Source: Desulfocapsa sulfexigens
GTDB taxonomy: Bacteria; Desulfobacterota; Desulfobulbia; Desulfobulbales; Desulfocapsaceae
NCBI GenBank assembly: GCA_015662865.1
Contig: DQTH01000232.1
Span: 1-57,865 of the forward strand
DNA: 57,865 bases
Reading direction: 5' to 3'
The notes beneath the pieces are model-generated. The model was not told the origin of the DNA. It saw nothing but the letters and a program-made list of their open reading frames with translations, and searched no databases. Shown piece after piece: positions 48,004 through 57,207 of this stretch. The stretch's first letter is position 1. Each line of letters opens with the position of its first letter. The position numbers were made by a program, and so were the translations under genes.

Positions 48004-50286
48004 TTATATAAGGCCTGCATTCGCGAAATGTTTAAACAAAACCTTAGGCGTCATAGGCATCTCATCAATCTTTACCCCGGTTGCGTCCCATATTGCATTA
48101 CGAATGGCAGGTCCCTGGCTGATAATGGGCGGCTCTCCCAGTGATTTGTTGCCATAAGGACTTGTGGGATCAAAGGTTTCCACAAAAGCACCTTCAAGAT
48201 CCGGGATATCCATACAGGTGGGGATTTTGTAATCAAGCAGGTTGCCATTATAAATCCAGCCGCTTTCAGGGTCGATGAGCAGCTCTTCAAACAGGGCCAT
48301 ACCAACGCCCATGGCCATTCCGCCATGCACCTGACCCTCAGCTGAAAGTGGATGAATGATTTTACCGGCATCATGAACGTTTATGATCTGTTTGATGGTG
48401 ACTATGCACATCTCAATGTCTACTTCAAGATCAACAAAGGTGCAGCCGTAACTGGGTGCATTTGTGCAGGTCTTGCTTGATACTTCAGCGGTCAATTGGC
48501 CGCCGCGTTCCTTGTGGTAGTAGCTGTCCAGGGCCAGCTTGGAAAGCTCAAGGACAACGTTTTCCATCTGACCCCGGCGAATGATTTTTCCATCAACAAG
48601 ATCAAGATTTTCCACCTCGTCACCTGTCATAAGGTGGCAGTGCTCAAGGATCTTTGTCTTCAGTTTTTTTGCAGCCCTGTGCACAGCAGGTGCAGCCACG
48701 TATGTCTGGCGGGAGGCATAGGCACCGGGATCAAATGGAGAAACATCCGTATCCTGTTCTGAAACCACATGCACAGCGTCATACTCAATGCCAAGGGTCT
48801 CAGCAGCCATCTGGGCAAGGGCGGTATCCGAGCCCTGGCCGATTTCCGTGGCTCCGATCTGCATGTGGACAGTACCGTCCTGATTGAGAACCAATCGACA
48901 GCCTGCAATTTCCACGCAGGCCGGATAGGTGCCACTTCCATAGCTGAAGGATGCAACACCAAGGCCCCTTCGAAGCGCTCCTTCCTGGCTGGCAAACTCC
49001 TCTTTTTTCCTGTCCCAGTCAATGAGTTCGCGTCCTTTTTCCAGACATTCAACCATGCCTACAGAATGTTCGTTTGTACCTGTTTTAGGGACGATATCAC
49101 CGGGTCTTGCAGAGTTTTTTATCCTGAATTCAACGGAATCCATACCGATTTTTCGCGCGGCCTGTTCCAGCGCACATTCGATTCCAAAGAAAAGCTGGGG
49201 TGAGCCATAGGCGCGCATGGCCCCGGCAGCCGGAATATTTCCGTAATGGGTGGTGGCAGAGAAACGGGTCACGCTTTTGGGATACAGGTTGCACGATTTT
49301 GAACCGGCCGCCATGGGAATGGAGTGACCATGGGAGGCATAGGCCCCGGTATTTGAAACAACATTCAGATCAAGAAACTTTATTGTTCCAGTGATTGTCA
49401 CCCCGGCCCTGACTGTGACGGTCTGGGAATGGCGGGTGCGGGTGGCAACAAGGCATTCCTCCCGGCTCATTTCGATCTTGACCGGGATACCGCCAAGTTT
49501 TCTGGTCAGGAAGGCGACCATTGGCTCAAGGACCACATCCTGTTTGTTCCCGAAACCTCCACCAATATAGGGTTTGATTACCCGAATCTTCGGCCATGGC
49601 ATATCCAGTGCCTGACCAACAATACGGCGGCAGATATGGGGAATCTGGGTGGAGCTGACAATCACCAGGTGGTCATTGTCATCCATATAGGCGTATGCTG
49701 TATGGTTTTCCAGGTGGCAGTGGAGAATGATCGGTGTGGAATAGGTTCCCTCAACAACTGTGTCCGCTTCCTTTTCAGCATCACTGATAGTCCCGCCGAT
49801 TTCAAAGGTGGTGGATTTAATGATATTGCCGCCTTCGTGTATGGCTGGAGCATCTTTTGCCAGTGCTGCTTCAGAAGTCACACAGACGGGTAGTTCTTCA
49901 TATTCAACTTTCACGGCCTTTGCCGCCTTTTCAGCGCTCAGCAGGTCACGGGCAACAACAATGGCTACCTCGTCGCCGTGGTAGCGGACGTGATCGGTTA
50001 AGAGCAGCCGGTCTGCCACATCCTGGTGATCGGGATCAAGGGAAAAGGGGTGTCCGGCGGTTGGGAAATGAATTTTCGGGACATCCTCATAAGTGAAAAC
50101 AGCCTCCACACCGGGCATGGCCAGCGCTGCGCTTGTGTCTATGGACTTGACCAGACCGTGAGCAATTTCGCTTCTGACGTATTTTGCCTGCAACATGCCG
50201 GGCATGCTGAAGTCGTCGGTATAACGGGTTTTACCGGTAACTTTGGCCCTGACATCTTTACGTATATGTGATTGTCCAACTGCCAT
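48004..50286 (-). CDS. xdhA: Xanthine dehydrogenase molybdenum-binding subunit
   Basis: STQIPH, IGGGFGNKQ, AMRAYGSPQ, EIGQG, YASRQT, KSLGEPP (catalytic Glu). Confidence 0.93.
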   Translation of the reverse strand: MAVGQSHIRKDVRAKVTGKTRYTDDFSMPGMLQAKYVRSEIAHGLVKSIDTSAALAMPGVEAVFTYEDVPKIHFPTAGHPFSLDPDHQDVADRLLLTDHVRYHGDEVAIVVARDLLSAEKAAKAVKVEYEELPVCVTSEAALAKDAPAIHEGGNIIKSTTFEIGGTISDAEKEADTVVEGTYSTPIILHCHLENHTAYAYMDDNDHLVIVSSTQIPHICRRIVGQALDMPWPKIRVIKPYIGGGFGNKQDVVLEPMVAFLTRKLGGIPVKIEMSREECLVATRTRHSQTVTVRAGVTITGTIKFLDLNVVSNTGAYASHGHSIPMAAGSKSCNLYPKSVTRFSATTHYGNIPAAGAMRAYGSPQLFFGIECALEQAARKIGMDSVEFRIKNSARPGDIVPKTGTNEHSVGMVECLEKGRELIDWDRKKEEFASQEGALRRGLGVASFSYGSGTYPACVEIAGCRLVLNQDGTVHMQIGATEIGQGSDTALAQMAAETLGIEYDAVHVVSEQDTDVSPFDPGAYASRQTYVAAPAVHRAAKKLKTKILEHCHLMTGDEVENLDLVDGKIIRRGQMENVVLELSKLALDSYYHKERGGQLTAEVSSKTCTNAPSYGCTFVDLEVDIEMCIVTIKQIINVHDAGKIIHPLSAEGQVHGGMAMGVGMALFEELLIDPESGWIYNGNLLDYKIPTCMDIPDLEGAFVETFDPTSPYGNKSLGEPPIISQGPAIRNAIWDATGVKIDEMPMTPKVLFKHFANAGLI

Positions 50287-50325
50287 GGTTAGATCTCCAT
50301 GCTATTATCTGTATTACTCAATTGT

Positions 50326-50414
50326 GGTGATATCGAAAAAAACGCCTGTACAGTCATTCCCGCGCAAGCGGGAATGACTGAATAGCAAAAATTTTAGATT
50401 TATACGAGTTTATC
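50326..50414. mobile_element. MITE copy 5 (cargo type B, single REP-like hairpin)
   Basis: Degenerate TIRs GGTGATATCGAAAA…TATACGAGTTTATC; perfect 6-bp TSD AATTGT (50320-50325, 50415-50420); inner CAGTCATTCCCGCGCAAGCGGGAATGACTG. Confidence 0.85.
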
Positions 50415-51222
50415 AATTGTTAAAATGTCGTAGCATTGCTTCAAGTACACCGCCACCAATGGCCATTGCCTTGTCAGATGCCGTGCGGCAAAAAGCTGTC
50501 TTGCTCCGCGGGTCAATGTCTCCGAGTTTTGTTCCCTGCTCCACCGGAGTGGCTGAACGTAACAGCCCTCGTAACACACCGGAAAGGTCTGCATAAACCG
50601 GTGCGGAGTCCACTGTGGCTACGCAGTCTCCTCTGTTAACAGAGTCACCGATGTTATAATCTGTTTTGAACATTCCTGCACCCGGCGCACGCAATAATCG
50701 TTCATGGGTATAGCCGCCGATGTTCCCGGGAATTCCGGTGTCTGGCGTTGCATACCCATCATAAATAACCCGGCCCAGGCCGTGTCCCCGCATGGTCTCA
50801 ATAACGCAGTTTACGTCCCGGCCTGCCGTGAACCCAGGGCCCAGACCAATGACCAGTTCAGCGTCGTTTATATTGGTTCCTGTATTGCGTTTGGCAATTA
50901 TTGCGTCAATGACAATGTCGGGCTGCAGTGTCTGAATGGATTTTCCTTCCGGATCTATAACAACCGGAATTTCATCGTCCGGCAACCATTCATTGGCCCT
51001 CCCCATCTCATCAATACGTCGGGCAGTAACCCCTTCAACACAGACTTTTCCAAGATTTATGGCTTCAGAGAAAGAAACCATACGGCGTACCGCAAGAGGA
51101 TGGGCTGTTTCAAGGAGTAGCAGACACCTGAATCCTGAACGATGAAGTCGCAGCGCGACACCCGTTGCCAGATCTCCTGCACCCCGAAGGATGATTTTCA
51201 GATCTTTTAAACTATCCATCAT
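50413..51222 (-). CDS. yqeB: Selenium-dependent molybdenum hydroxylase accessory protein YqeB
   Basis: RGAGDLATG, AVRRMVSF, DAIIAKRN, IGLGPGF, ETMRGH, KLGDIDPR, SDKAMAIGGGVLEA. Confidence 0.93.
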   Translation of the reverse strand: MMDSLKDLKIILRGAGDLATGVALRLHRSGFRCLLLLETAHPLAVRRMVSFSEAINLGKVCVEGVTARRIDEMGRANEWLPDDEIPVVIDPEGKSIQTLQPDIVIDAIIAKRNTGTNINDAELVIGLGPGFTAGRDVNCVIETMRGHGLGRVIYDGYATPDTGIPGNIGGYTHERLLRAPGAGMFKTDYNIGDSVNRGDCVATVDSAPVYADLSGVLRGLLRSATPVEQGTKLGDIDPRSKTAFCRTASDKAMAIGGGVLEAMLRHFNN

Positions 51223-54200
51223 TGCACAAACGGTTTTCTTTTCTCCAGCAGGTTGAAAAGAATTGCCGCTTCAGCCGCTTCTTGTATACTTTTATTTTCC
51301 ACCCTGGTTTTTAACTCAATAACAGTCGCCTGCAAAGAGTCCTTGGCCAGGCTGAGCTTCACCTCATCATCTTCGAAGAGAAATGTATCATCGTTTTTAG
51401 TGAGATTTGCACTTTTGCCGCCATGCATGATTCTCATTGTGCTGGAATCTGCCATGAAAAATCCTTCACCATGCGCTTCAAGGCTGGCAGCGGAGAGATG
51501 AACACGGGATTTATCCATGTATGGTGCGCCGCTGGTAGGGCAGAAGGTCTGGCAGTTGCCGCATTCATTACAGAAATCAGCAATATTGATAATCTGGTAA
51601 GCCTGGGTTAGTTCAATCCGGGAGATGGTTTCAACAGAGCCGTCAGCCGCGACAACCTGTACCGGATAGGATACAGGAGCTGACCGCAGAGCAACATTTG
51701 CACGGTTCGGGCACACGGTCACACAGACATTGCAGACCAGATCACATTGCAAACAGCGGGAGGCCTCTGCTATTGCATCCTCTTTACTGAGGGTTCCCAC
51801 AAAAAGATCAAAGTTAAACCGTTTCGCCGCTGGCAGTTCCGGCATCTTGACACCGAACTGACGGGTTGCGTTTCTCTTCTGCAGTTCAGTAAGATTAAGC
51901 TTACGGTCATCAGTCGGTGCAATATTGACCTGTGGTTTGAGTCCGGAGGCAGCTATTATGGAATTTGTCGCCCGCCTGCCATGGCCGATGGCATTGATGA
52001 GTGAGGACACATCAATAACATCACCACCAGCAAGCACGCCGGGCAGGGATGAGCGCAACGATTTCCTGTCCACACTCAGTTCACCGTCTGGCAGAAAACC
52101 CAGTTCCACCCGCTGGCCGATTGCGACAATAATACTTTCAGCCGGGATAACGTAATTTTCTTCACCCTCAATCCTGACCGGGCTGCGGCGTCCGGAAGCA
52201 TCGGGTTTACCAAGTTTCATTCTGGCCACTTCAAGTCCGGTAACTTTACCATCTCTGACCTGAACAGCAGCAGGCCCTGCCAGTTCTATAACCTTCACAC
52301 CTTCTTCAATGGCAGCAGTAATTTCTTCATGATCGGCAGGCATTTGCCTGCGGGTACGACGATAAACGATGGAGACCTCCCCATCAGGTCCGACAATACG
52401 TTTTGCTGTACGCGCTGCATCCATGGCCGAGTTACCGGCTCCGATGATAATGACTTTTTTGCCGATGTCAGGGCATCCGCTCTGTCTGACATCACTTAAG
52501 AAATCAAGATGATCAAACATTCCAATGGCATCTGCTCCCGGAATGTTTAACTGCGAACTGGCCTGAGCGCCAATGGCGATGTAAACAAAGTCATGGGACT
52601 GGCGCAGTTTGGTAAATTTTTCTTGATCCACCTTTTCACAGGTATGGAGTCGGGCACCAAGGGCAAGAATACGATTGACATCTTTATTCAGACTGTCGTT
52701 ATCGAGGCGAAAAACAGGAATACCATCCGAGGCCATGCCGCCGACAAATTCCTTGGATTCATAGAGGTCAACCTGAAAACCTTCAAGGCGGAGAAAGAAG
52801 GCCGCGGAAAGACCGGATGGTCCGGCTCCTATGATGGCCACACTTTTACCGTTGTCCGGCAGGGGCGTGAGCTTGATATCCTGCTTCTGGTTCTCGGCAA
52901 TGAATCGTTTGATTTCCCTGATGAGCAGGGGAGAGTCGTAGTTTAGCCTGGTACATTTATACTGACATGGATGATCACAGACCATGCCCTGCATATTGGG
53001 AAAGGGGTTGGTGGCAAGGATGGTTTTGTAGGCATTTTCAAAGTCACCGCGGGCGGTATAGTCCATGTACCTGGGCACATTCTGGGAAGCGCCGCAGCTG
53101 GTTACACATGGCGCTCCTGCACAGTCAAATGTGGGCAGATTGCGCTCAGTCTTGACGTTTTGGTAGGGAAAGAGATCCTTACTGTAATTACCTGAATCAG
53201 TAACGTTTGCAGCATATGTTTTCAGGTTGGCAAGACCTGCAGCAACCGGATCGCTATCTCCTGCCCAGTCGCAGACCAATTTGTCAAGGGAGTCGGCGCC
53301 AACTTCCTTCATTCCTTCCAGTATGGTCACAGCATACTGGGAAACGCGGGCATAGCCGCCGGGTTTCAGGACATCGGAGCAGACTGTCACCGGTGCCATG
53401 CCGCAGGTAAGAGTATTGAAAATATTAAAATTATCAACGCCCGCGCAGAAGGAAAGGTCCAGTTTGCCGTCAAACTCCTCTTGGAGACGAGCAGCAAGGT
53501 TGATGCTGATGGGGTGGAGCGCCCGGCCGGACATGTAGCACATGGCCTCGGTTTTTGGTAAATCCTGATCAATATTAGTGGTTTCCAGGGTGTTGGTCAG
53601 TTTGATATTGAATTCAACACCTTTTTTATCAGCGGCATCAATGAGAGACTGGATCAGCTTGATGGCATCGGGGTATTTCAGATCATGCTCAAAGGCAAGA
53701 TCCGGCACATCAATTTCAAAGTCCAGTTTGTTATTTAAAATATCGCGTAAACGCTCAGGCCCAAGCAGGGTCGGGTTCAGTTTGATGGTGGTGTGATAGC
53801 CGCGATCTTCAATAAAGTAACGGGCGATTTTTTCAATTTCATCAGGCGGGCAGCCGTGCATGGTGGAAATGGTGAGACTGTCTGAGATCCGGCTGGGAAT
53901 ATCCAGTTCTTTGACCCGTGGATAGATATCAGCAATTTTTTCTATCTTTTCAGCAAGCTCTTTTGAGCAGTCCTCCATGCGATCAAAAAAGTTCTGAACT
54001 GTGGGGCTATGGATGCCTTTCAGTTCATAACCGGCACTCATGTTGAAGATAAATCCGGCCTCGTCTCCGGAAAATCCTAGTTTGTCGCGTAAAATGTAGA
54101 GGAGAATGAAACCATTCAGATATTCATTGAATGATTCATCCAGTTTCAGCTCCTGGGACCATTCGCAGTTATACCCTTCATCGGTCATGTCAATGCAGGG

Positions 54201-54494
54201 TTTGGTGACATCCAGTTCATCAAGTACCTGGACGGTTTTCAGTTCAATATATCGGCTTCCGGTGAGCCAGGCCGCGACGATATTCTGGGCCAGCTGGGTG
54301 TGGGGGCCGGATGCGACTCCCAGCGGAGTTTCCAGGAGGTTTCCATAACGGCTCATGCGGAATGAATTTGCGGAGTCGGGAATGAAAAACTGGTCCCGGT
54401 GGATGCCGAATATTTCGTTGTTTTCGTCGAGATCAGTGAGAATCCACTTGAGGAGAACGTCTATATCTGTGCAGAAAAATAGGTCTTTTTTCAT
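51219..54494 (-). CDS. ygfK: YgfK Fe-S flavoprotein oxidoreductase
   Basis: GPHTQLAQNI, ELKTVQ, NCEWS, STMHGCPPDEIE, YMSGRALH, GltD-like GAGPSG, C-terminal CLQC…CPNRAN and CNECGNC. Confidence 0.93.
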   Translation of the reverse strand: MKKDLFFCTDIDVLLKWILTDLDENNEIFGIHRDQFFIPDSANSFRMSRYGNLLETPLGVASGPHTQLAQNIVAAWLTGSRYIELKTVQVLDELDVTKPCIDMTDEGYNCEWSQELKLDESFNEYLNGFILLYILRDKLGFSGDEAGFIFNMSAGYELKGIHSPTVQNFFDRMEDCSKELAEKIEKIADIYPRVKELDIPSRISDSLTISTMHGCPPDEIEKIARYFIEDRGYHTTIKLNPTLLGPERLRDILNNKLDFEIDVPDLAFEHDLKYPDAIKLIQSLIDAADKKGVEFNIKLTNTLETTNIDQDLPKTEAMCYMSGRALHPISINLAARLQEEFDGKLDLSFCAGVDNFNIFNTLTCGMAPVTVCSDVLKPGGYARVSQYAVTILEGMKEVGADSLDKLVCDWAGDSDPVAAGLANLKTYAANVTDSGNYSKDLFPYQNVKTERNLPTFDCAGAPCVTSCGASQNVPRYMDYTARGDFENAYKTILATNPFPNMQGMVCDHPCQYKCTRLNYDSPLLIREIKRFIAENQKQDIKLTPLPDNGKSVAIIGAGPSGLSAAFFLRLEGFQVDLYESKEFVGGMASDGIPVFRLDNDSLNKDVNRILALGARLHTCEKVDQEKFTKLRQSHDFVYIAIGAQASSQLNIPGADAIGMFDHLDFLSDVRQSGCPDIGKKVIIIGAGNSAMDAARTAKRIVGPDGEVSIVYRRTRRQMPADHEEITAAIEEGVKVIELAGPAAVQVRDGKVTGLEVARMKLGKPDASGRRSPVRIEGEENYVIPAESIIVAIGQRVELGFLPDGELSVDRKSLRSSLPGVLAGGDVIDVSSLINAIGHGRRATNSIIAASGLKPQVNIAPTDDRKLNLTELQKRNATRQFGVKMPELPAAKRFNFDLFVGTLSKEDAIAEASRCLQCDLVCNVCVTVCPNRANVALRSAPVSYPVQVVAADGSVETISRIELTQAYQIINIADFCNECGNCQTFCPTSGAPYMDKSRVHLSAASLEAHGEGFFMADSSTMRIMHGGKSANLTKNDDTFLFEDDEVKLSLAKDSLQATVIELKTRVENKSIQEAAEAAILFNLLEKRKPFVQ

Positions 54495-54522
54495 TTGCTA
54501 TTCCTGTAACTACTATCTTTGT

Positions 54523-55905
54523 TTACGTTTGTATTTTACGATTTACGAAGTTGCCAAAACCTTTTGTGGCTGACATTTTTTCTTCATGAACAATGGTTCT
54601 CCCCCTGACCATCACGGTTCGTGGCCAGCCCGTCACCTTCATTCCGGCAAAAGGAGTGTAATCCACATGCTGATGCAGTATTTCGCGGGAGATCGTTTTT
54701 TCTGCTGTGGGGTCAAGGATCATGAGATCCGCATCCGCACCAATCGCAATGTCCCCTTTTTGCGGGGCAAGTCCCATGATACGTGCCGGATTCGTAGAAA
54801 CGAGCTGGACAAAACGGTTCATATCAATACGTTTTTTCAGCACACCCTCTGAAAAGAGGAGGGGAATACGGGTCTCAACACCGGGGATTCCACCGGGTGA
54901 CTGAAAAATATCTGTTTTTCCTTTTGCAAGTTTTTGCGCAAAAGAAAAAGCGCAGTGGTCGGTTGCGACAACGGAAATTGTTCCGTCTGCAAGACCATCC
55001 CACAGGGCGTCACAATCCTGCTCAGTCCTCACGGGCGGCGCCATGATGTACTGCAAGCCTTTGTCATCCGCTTCCCGATAACAGGAGTCGGTAAGAGTCA
55101 GGTACTGGGGGCAGGTTTCCGCGTAAATCTCAAGCCCCTGTTTTTGTGCATTGCGAATAATCTCCAGCCCTGAGGCTGTGGAGAGATGCACAATATAGAT
55201 CGGAACATTGCCGGCAGCTCGGGATAGTGCAATGAGCCGGTTAATTGCTTCAGCCTCAGCATAATCAGGGCGACTTTTGGGGTGACTGGCAGGATCTTTG
55301 ATATCACCAGTTTGGCGAAATTCTTGCGTCAGCTCACTGATTATGGCGTGGTTTTCCGCGTGAAATGTGGGCATCCCACCAGCGTCACGGGTGGCTTTCA
55401 TCACCTGAATAATTTCTTCATCACCAAGACGCCCTGAATAGGTGAGATAGACTTTCAGGCTTGCAATGCCTTTATCTGTAAGACTTGCCACTGATTGCAG
55501 TACCTGATCATCGACATGCTGCACAACTCCATGGAAACTGTAGTCAATGACCATTTCATCTGTGGCCTGTTCCTGATACAGATCAATCTGATGGCTCAGC
55601 TCACAGCCTTCAGGGCCAAATCCCGGATGTTCGACAATGCAGGTGGTACCGCCATGGGCGGCAGCCACAGAGCCGTGATAGAAACCATCACTGACATGTT
55701 TTTCTCCCACCGTGAGGTTCATGTGGGTGTGGACATCGACGCCGCCGGGCATGACATAACAGCCTGCTGCATCAATATTTTTCTCCACATTTGCACGGGA
55801 AATGTCTTCTTCGATGGCAGTAATGCATCCGTTTTCAATCAAAATATCTGATTGAAAAACCCTGGTGGCCGTGACCACCGTACCGTTTGCCACCAGTATA
55901 CTCAT
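54523..55905 (-). CDS. hyuA: Dihydropyrimidinase/hydantoinase (HyuA)
   Basis: PGGVDVHTH, GGTT, HAEN, YIVHLS, ETCPQYL, VATDHC, PGGIPGVETR. Confidence 0.9.
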   Translation of the reverse strand: MSILVANGTVVTATRVFQSDILIENGCITAIEEDISRANVEKNIDAAGCYVMPGGVDVHTHMNLTVGEKHVSDGFYHGSVAAAHGGTTCIVEHPGFGPEGCELSHQIDLYQEQATDEMVIDYSFHGVVQHVDDQVLQSVASLTDKGIASLKVYLTYSGRLGDEEIIQVMKATRDAGGMPTFHAENHAIISELTQEFRQTGDIKDPASHPKSRPDYAEAEAINRLIALSRAAGNVPIYIVHLSTASGLEIIRNAQKQGLEIYAETCPQYLTLTDSCYREADDKGLQYIMAPPVRTEQDCDALWDGLADGTISVVATDHCAFSFAQKLAKGKTDIFQSPGGIPGVETRIPLLFSEGVLKKRIDMNRFVQLVSTNPARIMGLAPQKGDIAIGADADLMILDPTAEKTISREILHQHVDYTPFAGMKVTGWPRTVMVRGRTIVHEEKMSATKGFGNFVNRKIQT

Positions 55906-55908
55906 GGT

Positions 55909-57189
55909 TTACCTGCCCAGTGCATCCCAGAGCCGTAGGCCCTGCTCGCGGGCAAAGGAGAGTATTTCCTCTTCATCCACAAGTGTCGATTTCCGGTCCT
56001 CGATAATCACCCGACCCTGAGCAATAACCGTGTTAACATGGAGTGCTTCCAGGCCGAACAGAAAGTGACCGTAAAAATTCTCGTCAGTGAGTTCCGTGGG
56101 GGTGTCGTAATCCAGGATGACAAGGTTATTCAGATCGTCACCTATTCCTTCAAACTGGGCAAGGTAGTTGTGAACATTACGGAAACGGCGATATACTTCA
56201 TCATAGCCTATGCCACCTGTGGTGGAGCAGACAAGGTGGTGAGCCTTGGCAGAGCGGATCATGTCATTGTGCATGCCGTCCGTACCCAGCATGATGTTGC
56301 CCAGCCAGTCATAGTCGGTGAGGCCGACATTGTTGTTCTGGTTGGATTCCACGTTGGATACCACCCAGACTGGAGAATCGGCGATGATCTTTCGTTCCTC
56401 TTCATCACAGTGGACGCAGTGGCCAAGGATGGTTTTGGGGCTTTCCAGCCCACCAAGATCACGGAGTCGCTGGGCGAGCCGTTTGTTATATGTTTTTTCG
56501 CAATGGATTTCATCGGCAATGTCTTCTGCCACATGGATATGCAGCCCAGTGTCATATTTGCGGGCAAGTTCCACTGATTTCGTGAACAGATCATCACCCA
56601 CGGTGAAAGATGCGTGCAGGCCGATGAGTCCGGGACGGCCGGAACCTAGATATGAGTCATGTTCGTCAAGGGATTTTTCCGCGGCCTCCGGGCCATTACG
56701 ATCAGATGATTCATGGCACATGAGATGACCAATTCCGCAGCGTTCAAAGGCACTGGCAACGGTTTCCAGACTGCCGGTCACATGCATGGGAGAGGCGTGG
56801 TGATCGATACAGAATGTCACACCGCGGCGTGCCATCTGCAGAGCAGCGCCCAGTGCACTTGCTTCGACCATGTCCTTATCAAGACGTTCATCAACCCGCC
56901 ACCAGATATACTGCAGAACTTCAGGGAAGTTTGTTGGAATCTGAGGAGGCGCAGGCATTCCACGACAGAGGGCGGAGTAGATATGGTGATGACCGCAACC
57001 GAAAGAGCGGGTGACAAAGCGGCCTTTACAGTCGATTACCCGGTCACCATCCTTTCGTTCACCGGCAGGCGGAATGGTATCAATGGGAGTAACCTTACCT
57101 GTGGCACCTTCTTCAACAGAGAGGTGGGTGGAGGTGACTTTAAGGGTTTGGGAATCGATGTATTGACTATTTTGTAAATAGAGAGTCAT
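55909..57189 (-). CDS. ssnA: SsnA-like amidohydrolase
   Basis: HHHIYSALCRG, IDHHASP, GLHASFTV, HIHVAED, ESNQNN, LGTDG. Confidence 0.85.
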   Translation of the reverse strand: MTLYLQNSQYIDSQTLKVTSTHLSVEEGATGKVTPIDTIPPAGERKDGDRVIDCKGRFVTRSFGCGHHHIYSALCRGMPAPPQIPTNFPEVLQYIWWRVDERLDKDMVEASALGAALQMARRGVTFCIDHHASPMHVTGSLETVASAFERCGIGHLMCHESSDRNGPEAAEKSLDEHDSYLGSGRPGLIGLHASFTVGDDLFTKSVELARKYDTGLHIHVAEDIADEIHCEKTYNKRLAQRLRDLGGLESPKTILGHCVHCDEEERKIIADSPVWVVSNVESNQNNNVGLTDYDWLGNIMLGTDGMHNDMIRSAKAHHLVCSTTGGIGYDEVYRRFRNVHNYLAQFEGIGDDLNNLVILDYDTPTELTDENFYGHFLFGLEALHVNTVIAQGRVIIEDRKSTLVDEEEILSFAREQGLRLWDALGR

Positions 57190-57207
57190 AGGATTGTTCC
57201 TGATTAC

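Noticed and set aside
51219-54494. YgfK as a selenate reductase (legacy annotation)
   Set aside because: Context with ssnA, hyuA and xdh points to purine catabolism; no selenate-respiration genes present
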